IMG/VR virus record: IMGVR_UViG_3300008255_000022
Coordinates: 1-45,724 of that record
Direction: 5' to 3' (one strand)
Source of the DNA: a virus
Taxonomy: Duplodnaviria > Caudoviricetes
Length of the DNA stretch: 45,724 nt
The notes under the pieces are model-generated. The model searched no databases, was not told where the DNA came from, and was given only the letters and a program-made list of their open reading frames with translations. The first letter of the stretch is position 1. Every line of letters begins with the position of its first letter. Both the position numbers and the translations under genes were made by a program. Of the stretch, positions 28,032 to 34,761 are shown piece by piece.

Positions 28032-29101
28032 GTATATTGAATAGTAACGAGCAGTTGTTTGGTTCAACTCCTATCAAGCCTCGTGAGACATGGGGAGTTC
28101 TGGATTCAAGTAAGATTCAGAGTTTCCAGAGTTGTCCACGAGACTTCTTCTACAGCCATATTCTTGGCTGGAGATCAGAGGGTAATTCCATCCACCTCGC
28201 TTTTGGTAGTGCGTGGCATGAAGCAATGGAAATTATCCTAACAGAGGGTTGGGAGCTTGATATTATACAGAAAGCGTACTACAGATTCGTGGAGATCATT
28301 GTAGAGGAAATGGAGCTGAGTCCTGAACAACTCAATTCTTTTCATGACGCTAAGAATCCTGCCAATGCTCTTCGTGGCCTGGTTGAATACACTAACCTGT
28401 ACAAGGACAATCCAGCCGATACCCTGTTCGTGGAGATAGCCGGAACTGCTCCTATCGCTGATGATAGAGTCATCCATGTTAAGCTCGACAGCGTTCGTCG
28501 GCACAACGCAGGACATTCTAACTCCGGTCAGATCTATTCCCTCGAGCATAAAACAACTGGCCGTAGAACAAGTGCTTGGGAAGAGCAGTGGCATTATATG
28601 TTCCAGATCGGAGCATACAATCATTTCCTCCACTGCATTTTTGGAGAGAATGAGCGCATCGACGGTGTGACTATCAACGGTAGCGTTTGGCGGAAGGCTA
28701 GTCGTGATTTCGTACGTTTCCCTGTCAGCCCTAGTCTTGACATGTGGGAGCTATGGGTTAACGAGGCTAACCATTGGTGGGATCAGATTGAGTGGAACAT
28801 GAAGCTCCTGCATGATACGAAAGAAAGTGATCGAGTAATGGTAGCTTTCCCTCGTAACAGTGCGAGCTGTAGTAAGTTTGGCTGTCGTCATCCTCATCTG
28901 TGCAGTGTGCAGGCTAATCCGTTGAAGCGTTGTCACCAGCCACCACTTGGCTACGTGCAAGAGTTTTGGGACCCTCGTAGACGGGCCGAAGAAGCGAAGT
29001 ACATTGTCAAGCCAGATGGTAGCAGGGCTACTATGGAAGCTAACCCAGTGTCACCAAAGAATAAACCAGCCAATGACAGCGAGGTAAGCAACAATGGGTG
29101 A
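28028..29101 (+). CDS. PD-(D/E)XK (Cas4/RecB-like) exonuclease
   Basis: S.I.SF.SCPR, FGSAWH, KLD...EHKTT, Q...Y and C-terminal C...GC....LC cluster. Confidence 0.85.
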   Translation: MSILNSNEQLFGSTPIKPRETWGVLDSSKIQSFQSCPRDFFYSHILGWRSEGNSIHLAFGSAWHEAMEIILTEGWELDIIQKAYYRFVEIIVEEMELSPEQLNSFHDAKNPANALRGLVEYTNLYKDNPADTLFVEIAGTAPIADDRVIHVKLDSVRRHNAGHSNSGQIYSLEHKTTGRRTSAWEEQWHYMFQIGAYNHFLHCIFGENERIDGVTINGSVWRKASRDFVRFPVSPSLDMWELWVNEANHWWDQIEWNMKLLHDTKESDRVMVAFPRNSASCSKFGCRHPHLCSVQANPLKRCHQPPLGYVQEFWDPRRRAEEAKYIVKPDGSRATMEANPVSPKNKPANDSEVSNNG

Positions 29102-29171
29102 GATAGCAGACGCAATGATAAATGGAGAAGACTGCCAGCTGTGTGGTCAACACCTATCCATCCAATTCTAG
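29094..29171 (+). pseudogene. Truncated small zinc-finger protein (MGEIADAMINGEDCQLCG...)
   Basis: 25-codon ORF with a single CxxC; start overlaps the nuclease stop. Confidence 0.4.
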
Positions 29172-29203
29172 TCATGATTTTGTAGGCTGGGAGGAAAAAA
29201 ATA

Positions 29204-29800
29204 ATGTCTGAGTTTTACAAAGACACCCTCATCGAGAAAGTCCCTAATATCTATCGTAAAAAAGATGGTTGGGTAGTGAGAGTAGAAAGGAATCGTGTAG
29301 TTAAATATGGTTCTGCTCGTGATAAAGATTACCATAACTCAAAACTTCTATCCTTTGGTAGAGCGGCGCGTATAAAGGAGCGATTAATAAAAGAGATGGG
29401 CGAATCACAGAAATCTGTTGATCCAATTCATACATTGAAAGCTAGATTGATGCAGCAAAGAAGCGTGAGTATTACTGGGGTACATGGGATTGGCTTTATA
29501 TTAGCTAAAGGTAAAACCAAACTTGAGCCTAGGATACTTGTAACCTATTATGTCAACGGTAAGAGGAGACAAAAGTCATACAGCATAAATAAGTGGGGAT
29601 TTAATCTTTCTTTAGTCTGGGCCTGTAAAGATAATATGGATAATAGAAGAAACGGTTTTGCAGCTAAAAATAAAGACCTTATCTTATACAATCCTCATCA
29701 ATCTGCTGAGTCTATGTATAACGTAGCTAAACGAAACCTCTCCTGCCATCTACGTAGTATTGGAGAATCGTGGGTATTGAAGTGTAAGGCTCGACTGTAA
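29204..29800 (+). CDS. AP2-like DNA-binding domain protein (homing-endonuclease-associated type)
   Basis: Very basic; NIYR...GW.VR and TGV.G......YY.NGKR.QKS.S..K.G patterns. Confidence 0.5.
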   Translation: MSEFYKDTLIEKVPNIYRKKDGWVVRVERNRVVKYGSARDKDYHNSKLLSFGRAARIKERLIKEMGESQKSVDPIHTLKARLMQQRSVSITGVHGIGFILAKGKTKLEPRILVTYYVNGKRRQKSYSINKWGFNLSLVWACKDNMDNRRNGFAAKNKDLILYNPHQSAESMYNVAKRNLSCHLRSIGESWVLKCKARL

Positions 29801-29931
29801 CGTCCCATATTTGCCGTGTACGGCGTCCAAATTGAACCCACACCGATACCCGTATAACGGGATTCATGTCCGTACAACGAACGTCAGGCATCAATCCCGG
29901 CCCCTATCACATTTTCCTCCATCCCGTCCCG

Positions 29932-30437
29932 ATGAAAACAACTCAACCATTAGCGGTGTCATATGCAGGTGTGCAATGCCACTTCACACATATGAACCAG
30001 ATAAAGCTAACTACGGGCTGTTGTATGCTAATAAGGCATTGAATAAAGTATCCGGCTTTGTGTTCCGTTTAGGTGTAGGAGTTGGTCAAGGCAAATGGGC
30101 TGAAATTATCGCCAACACTTCTAACAACAGCGGAATGAAGAGGTTGGTGGAAGTAGAAGAGCCTACAGATACAAGTATACAAATTATTAGCCTTGACAGT
30201 CATATCACTGTACTATCTGTCAATGGACCTGTTGGGTTAATCAAGATAGATGTTGAAGGTAATGAGGTTGACGTAATTCTTGGAGCTAAAAAACTTATAT
30301 CTACACAGCGCCCAGTGATCGCTATTGAAACTGATAAACCTAATATAGTTCAAGAACTTCTTCCAAGTGGTTACATTAGACAAAAGACCAAGAATGCTAC
30401 GGATACATACATATTCTGGCCACTCCCATTGATATAA
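29932..30437 (+). pseudogene. FkbM-family methyltransferase lacking the SAM-binding motif (apparent deletion/frameshift)
   Basis: YEP...N, LIKIDVEG.E..V..GA and RP.I.IE present; DxGANxG absent; a plausible N-terminus (ATG 29932) is in another frame. Confidence 0.6.
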
Positions 30438-30457
30438 GAAATTGGGAATAAAGTCTG

Positions 30458-30487
30458 TTGACATTGACCCAAATGGTACCGTATATT
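30458..30487 (+). promoter_or_regulatory. Sigma70-type promoter of the recombination/replication operon
   Basis: TTGACA-18 nt-TATATT. Confidence 0.65.
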
Positions 30488-30510
30488 AAGACAACAATCC
30501 AACCAAACCT

Positions 30511-31338
30511 ATGCCCGAACAACCTAATCAGGCTATCGCACCTGTAGATCCGAAGCTCGCAGCTACTGCTGAGCAATTTCGGAAAATGCGAGAGAAGTAC
30601 CAGAGCGACCCTAAGACCAATACCTTCAACGCCCTGATCTGTGGCGAAATGGGTACGGGCAAAACACATCTCCTCAAGACCGCTCGTCTACCTGTCCTTG
30701 TCCATATGTTTGATCCAGGTGGAGAGAATACTCTCCGTGATGAGATCCAAGCTGGCAAGGTAGTTGTAGAGAAATTCGCACCGGACAATCCTCACAAGCC
30801 CTGGGCCTTCGATCAATGGCGCAGACGTTTTGATGAGCTTGATAGACAGAATTTCTTCGAGAACTTCGGAACGTTCGCTCTCGACAGCTCAACCATATGG
30901 GCTGAAACAATCCTCAACTACTTCGTGGCTAAGCGTAACCCAGGTGGTGTGCCTGATGGTAAGCTCGATTACATGCCACAGAAGAATGAAATCAGAAACT
31001 GGATCGACCGTATCCTTTCTCTCCCCTGCGACGTGATTGTTACAGGACACTTGGAGGCTACGGAAGATCAAGTAACAGGGCGAGTAACTTACCGATATGC
31101 TACTACCGGCAAGGGTTCGCTCATGATTCCAGCAAAGTTTGATGAAGTATATGTTGCTCTTGCTGACGATTCAGCGAAGGGAGTTAACTATAAACTTCAA
31201 ACTGCTGGAGCTGGACGTTATGCAGCTCGCTCTCGTCTGGCACAGGGAGGCAAGCTTGATCAGTTTGAAGCTCCCGATCTCAAGGCTCTCCTGAAGAAAG
31301 TCGGCTACTCAACCGAAGATAAGCCTCTGTTCCTTTGA
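30511..31338 (+). CDS. AAA_24 / Sak4-like ATPase (recombination)
   Basis: Walker A GEMGTGKT, Walker B ALDSST, VIVTGH, FDEV, A.SR. Confidence 0.8.
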   Translation: MPEQPNQAIAPVDPKLAATAEQFRKMREKYQSDPKTNTFNALICGEMGTGKTHLLKTARLPVLVHMFDPGGENTLRDEIQAGKVVVEKFAPDNPHKPWAFDQWRRRFDELDRQNFFENFGTFALDSSTIWAETILNYFVAKRNPGGVPDGKLDYMPQKNEIRNWIDRILSLPCDVIVTGHLEATEDQVTGRVTYRYATTGKGSLMIPAKFDEVYVALADDSAKGVNYKLQTAGAGRYAARSRLAQGGKLDQFEAPDLKALLKKVGYSTEDKPLFL

Positions 31339-31343
31339 GCCAA

Positions 31344-31370
31344 AGGATAGGTTATTTATTAACCCATTCT
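31344..31370. repeat. 27-bp dyad element copy 11 (AGGATA-GGTTATTTATTAACC-CATTCT, one core mismatch)
   Basis: Read directly; intergenic. Confidence 0.9.
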
Positions 31371-31397
31371 CATTTCTAACCTAGGAAAGAACAACCA

Positions 31398-31832
31398 ATG
31401 GACAACAATCCTACTTACGACGACGGGCAAATGTCTGTCGATTACGACACCACCGATGCTGTTGAAATGTCAGCAGTTGTGGAGGGTGAGTACAAACTTT
31501 CTGTCATTAAGGCAGAATGGAAGCACCCCAAGCCGGAATCGGATAAGGAATGGGTCGGCATCCAGATGATGCTTGACATTCCTGACGAGATCTCTGCTGA
31601 TTTCTTCAGCCACCTGCACTTCTTGCCTCACAAGAGTCAGGAGCCGAAGAACTACCAGCGGGCGCTTGGCGACCTCAAGGTGTTCAAGGAAGCCTTTGGC
31701 TTCGCACCGGATGAGCCGTTTACTCCTGACCAGCTCGTTGGCCGGGAAGCATGGGCTTACTTGACGGTACGCGACGATCCTCAGTACGGTCGTAGCAATC
31801 AGGTCAAGAAGTGGATTACTGGTCCTCAGTAA
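31398..31832 (+). CDS. DUF669-like single-stranded DNA-binding protein
   Basis: EGEY.L.V..AE, LK.F..AFG, LVGRE and N.VKK; usual partner of Sak4. Confidence 0.7.
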   Translation: MDNNPTYDDGQMSVDYDTTDAVEMSAVVEGEYKLSVIKAEWKHPKPESDKEWVGIQMMLDIPDEISADFFSHLHFLPHKSQEPKNYQRALGDLKVFKEAFGFAPDEPFTPDQLVGREAWAYLTVRDDPQYGRSNQVKKWITGPQ

Positions 31833-31874
31833 GCTATGAGCGGTTTCCCTGTTCCGTACAAAAACAGGGGATAT

Positions 31875-31948
31875 TGCGGGGTAGAGCAGTCTGGCAGCTC
31901 GTTTGGCTCATATCCAAAAGGTCGCTGGTTCAAATCCAGCCCCCGCAA
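31875..31948 (+). tRNA. tRNA-Met (CAT), initiator-like body, no encoded CCA
   Basis: Full cloverleaf: TGCGGGG/CCCCGCA acceptor, GAGC/GCTC D stem, TTTGG-CTCATAT-CCAAA, GCTGG-TTCAAAT-CCAGC. Confidence 0.9.
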
Positions 31949-32004
31949 CAAATGCTTGCGCAGAGCATGTTTATGACCACGAAGGCCAAGTGGTAACTGC
32001 GCGT

Positions 32005-32074
32005 GAACCAGTTAGCTTAATGGTAGAGCAGGGCTATAAACCCGTTGTGTAGGTTCGACTCCTATCTTGGTTCC
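32005..32074 (+). pseudogene. Degenerate tRNA-like element (3-bp anticodon stem, loop CTATAAA)
   Basis: Canonical D arm (TAGCTTAATGGTAGAGCA), T arm (GTAGG-TTCGACT-CCTAT) and GAACCA/TGGTTC acceptor; shortened anticodon arm. Confidence 0.6.
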
Positions 32075-32130
32075 TATAAATATGTCTCTATTTTTTACGA
32101 CACGCTCAGAATGATCAAATAGCACACCTC

Positions 32131-32346
32131 ATGCGGATAGTGATTAAGTTTTCTAAGGAAAGCCGAGAAATGGTAGAGGTCTGGAGGAAAGGGAAGCTCT
32201 TCACGGTTCTTCCCTTTACCTTCTTTGTGGATGAACATGAAGATCCGGCCAATCAGCTCATTCGTAAGCTTGCAGAAGGTAAGACAATTCATATGGAGTT
32301 GCATTATCAATCAGAGCTTCCTACGAAAATAGAACATGAACTTTGA
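32131..32346 (+). CDS. Hypothetical protein
   Basis: 71-aa ORF in operon. Confidence 0.55.
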   Translation: MRIVIKFSKESREMVEVWRKGKLFTVLPFTFFVDEHEDPANQLIRKLAEGKTIHMELHYQSELPTKIEHEL

Positions 32347-32617
32347 TGATATATTAGGGTTTCATAAACCTAAACCTCCAAAGGGGAAAGACCCCAAGTT
32401 CATAGAGTATTGGATGACCATACCTTTTATACAATACTCAGCCAACGTTCCGATAGTAAATAGGTACCATCCTACTTGGCTCTGTTACCCTTGGATACAA
32501 GAAGGAATACAAACATTACTCAGTTTATCAGATGGATTCAAAACCAAAGTATCAGAGGAAGCTTTCGCAACGGCTGTCCGAGAGACAGTACGAAGCGTTG
32601 AGGAAACATATACCTAA
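32336..32617 (+). CDS. Hypothetical protein
   Basis: 93 aa; overlaps the next ORF by 86 bp, so the 3' part is uncertain. Confidence 0.45.
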   Translation: MNFDDILGFHKPKPPKGKDPKFIEYWMTIPFIQYSANVPIVNRYHPTWLCYPWIQEGIQTLLSLSDGFKTKVSEEAFATAVRETVRSVEETYT

Positions 32618-32771
32618 TCAGCTTCGTCAGCGTATTATTGATAAGCTTCTTGACGGACTAATTGACTTGTATGAAAGCCCACAGGGAGAGTTTGTGAACT
32701 CCGCTATCCTCAGCGGTCACCTGACAGTAACGGATCTACTTGATCGTAACAAGGAGAAAAAACATGACTGA
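32532..32771 (+). CDS. Putative ribbon-helix-helix-like DNA-binding protein
   Basis: RKLSQRLSERQYEAL...RQRIIDKLL strand-helix-helix pattern. Confidence 0.5.
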   Translation: MDSKPKYQRKLSQRLSERQYEALRKHIPNQLRQRIIDKLLDGLIDLYESPQGEFVNSAILSGHLTVTDLLDRNKEKKHD

Positions 32772-33033
32772 GTTTGATGACAGTGTTCGATTAGGTTCGT
32801 TGCGTAAAAACATGTCTGAGATGAGCGATGATGAGCTTCGTGCTCTCATAGGTGAGTCTCGAAACAATCGTGTGCCTAAGCCAAAGGCAAAGCGTGTAAA
32901 GGCTAAGGCAGATACAAAGGCAAAAGCGAAAGCGAAAAAAGCTGCGCCCAACCTTCTATCCTCTGATTCTCTCGAATCCATGAGTCCAGAAATGGCAGCA
33001 ATGCTACTCAAACAATTAGGCGACAATGGCTGA
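32764..33033 (+). CDS. Small Lys/Ala-rich protein (start reassigned to ATG 32764)
   Basis: KPKAKRVKAKADTKAKAKAKKAA histone-H1-like tract. Confidence 0.65.
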   Translation: MTEFDDSVRLGSLRKNMSEMSDDELRALIGESRNNRVPKPKAKRVKAKADTKAKAKAKKAAPNLLSSDSLESMSPEMAAMLLKQLGDNG

Positions 33034-34423
33034 ACGCAAAATACAATATCGTCTCGAGGACGTAAACATACACGATATAGATCCTGGTGTACGTGTTCGC
33101 AAGGACATGGGAAACATTGATAGCCTTGCAGCTAACATACATCAGTTTGGTCTACATCATCCTATCCTTGTTGTAGATAAAGAATGCTTACCAGAAAAGC
33201 ATGAGGCGAGAACAGATGCTCGCCCATTCCTACTGGTCGCTGGTGAGCGTAGATTTCGTGCCTGTGAATCTCTTAAGCATGATAAGATTGCTGCGAAAGT
33301 AACAGAACATCTCCTTGATGAGTGGGAGATTCGTGTTATCGAGCTGGACGAGAACCTTCGCCGGAAAGAAATGACTCCGGTTGAAGAGGCCCTCGCCAAG
33401 AAGCACATCCACGATCTATACGTGGAACGGTATGGTAAGGCCAGTCCAGGTACTGGAGGTGGCGGACATAGCGTAAAGGACACAGCCGAAATTCTTGGCG
33501 AGTCTCGTGCTAACGTTTCCCATGATCTCAAGATCGCAGAATACTCAAATATTATTCCTGAGTTAAAGGATGCGAAAACGAAGAGCGAAGCTCGTAAGCT
33601 CATTTCTCAGCTTGAACAGAAAGTTGCTCGCGAGGAGCTTGCCAAACGTGCGAAAGCTAAGGCTGAAGCTAAGGGTGCACAGCGTACAGAAACGAGGAAA
33701 GAACTCCTCTTCAAACGTTACGTAACCTGTGACTATTTCGACGGTTTGAAAAAGCTGCAGGACCGTAGTGTAGATTTCATGGAACTCGATCCAGACTGGG
33801 GAATCATGTTCAAAGAACGTGTCCTATCTCGTGGGTCCCTCACTGCTGCTGAGTATGATACTCTCCAGCCAGAGGATTATGTCGAGGGTATTAATGAAAT
33901 CATGAAGGCAGCGTACGATGTTCTTAAAGATAATAGTTGGATCATTGTTTGGTATTCTCTTGAAGAGTGGCATAAAGAAACAAGGGAAGCAATTGAGGCA
34001 GCTGGCTTTACAGTGTGTGCTATGCCAGCGTTCTGGATTCATACTAGTAACTTCACTGCGACGCCAGCTTATAGACTTGGGCAACGGACAGAGTCTTTCT
34101 TTTACGCTCGGAAGGGATCTCCCAGAATTGGTGCAATGGGACACCCTAACACCTTCACAGCGAGGACACTCAACCAGAACGAACGCGATCATCCAGCAGA
34201 AAAGCCCATTGAGTTATACGAGGATATTATCAAATGTTTTCTTGGCGACACGAAAGGAAAACTCTGTGTTACGGGATTTGCCGGAAGCGGAAATTTCCTA
34301 CTTGCCGCCGATAACCTTGAGCACAACTGCATCGGATTCGACACCTCGAAAGCATACCAAGATAACTTTGTTCTCAAAGTAAACAAAGGTAATCCCGGTC
34401 AATTCAAATCTTACATCTCATGA
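33026..34423 (+). CDS. ParB-like CTPase + HTH + N6/N4 DNA methyltransferase-fold fusion
   Basis: LA.NI...GL.HPI, LVAGERRFRA, ELDENL.R, HTH SVKDTAEILGESRANVSHDL; MTase motifs DPDW (for DPPY), HPAEKP and FAGSG. Confidence 0.85.
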   Translation: MAERKIQYRLEDVNIHDIDPGVRVRKDMGNIDSLAANIHQFGLHHPILVVDKECLPEKHEARTDARPFLLVAGERRFRACESLKHDKIAAKVTEHLLDEWEIRVIELDENLRRKEMTPVEEALAKKHIHDLYVERYGKASPGTGGGGHSVKDTAEILGESRANVSHDLKIAEYSNIIPELKDAKTKSEARKLISQLEQKVAREELAKRAKAKAEAKGAQRTETRKELLFKRYVTCDYFDGLKKLQDRSVDFMELDPDWGIMFKERVLSRGSLTAAEYDTLQPEDYVEGINEIMKAAYDVLKDNSWIIVWYSLEEWHKETREAIEAAGFTVCAMPAFWIHTSNFTATPAYRLGQRTESFFYARKGSPRIGAMGHPNTFTARTLNQNERDHPAEKPIELYEDIIKCFLGDTKGKLCVTGFAGSGNFLLAADNLEHNCIGFDTSKAYQDNFVLKVNKGNPGQFKSYIS

Positions 34424-34761
34424 TATATTTAGCTTCCCCATACAGCGATAAGGATAAGAGGGTAGTTGTTTCCAGATACAATGAGGTGCTTGAGTTCTGT
34501 GCGAATAGGATAAAGGAAGGACATATTGTGTTCAGTCCTATCGTACACTGTCATGTAATGGCTCAGCGTTTCGAGATGCCTGGAAATCATTTATTCTGGT
34601 GGAAGTATGATACCAGTATGATTGATATTGCTGATGAGGTATGGATTCTTTGTCTACCGTACTGGCAAATGTCTATTGGTGTTGGAAAGGAGATAGCTTA
34701 TGCCGAAAAGATAGGAAAGAAGGTACGCTATTTTAACCCTCTTGGAGCTGAAATATCATGA
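34420..34761 (+). CDS. DUF1937 / nucleoside deoxyribosyltransferase-fold protein
   Basis: MIYLASPYS, VFSPIVHCH, W..S.GV..EI..A...GK.V. Confidence 0.75.
   Translation: MIYLASPYSDKDKRVVVSRYNEVLEFCANRIKEGHIVFSPIVHCHVMAQRFEMPGNHLFWWKYDTSMIDIADEVWILCLPYWQMSIGVGKEIAYAEKIGKKVRYFNPLGAEIS

Noticed and set aside
28028-29101. Cas4-like gene as evidence of CRISPR-Cas
   Set aside because: It sits with a Sak4-like ATPase and SSB, the usual phage recombination module
29101-29931. Self-splicing intron around the AP2-like gene
   Set aside because: No group I/II core elements recognised and no convincing second exon for the zinc-finger ORF
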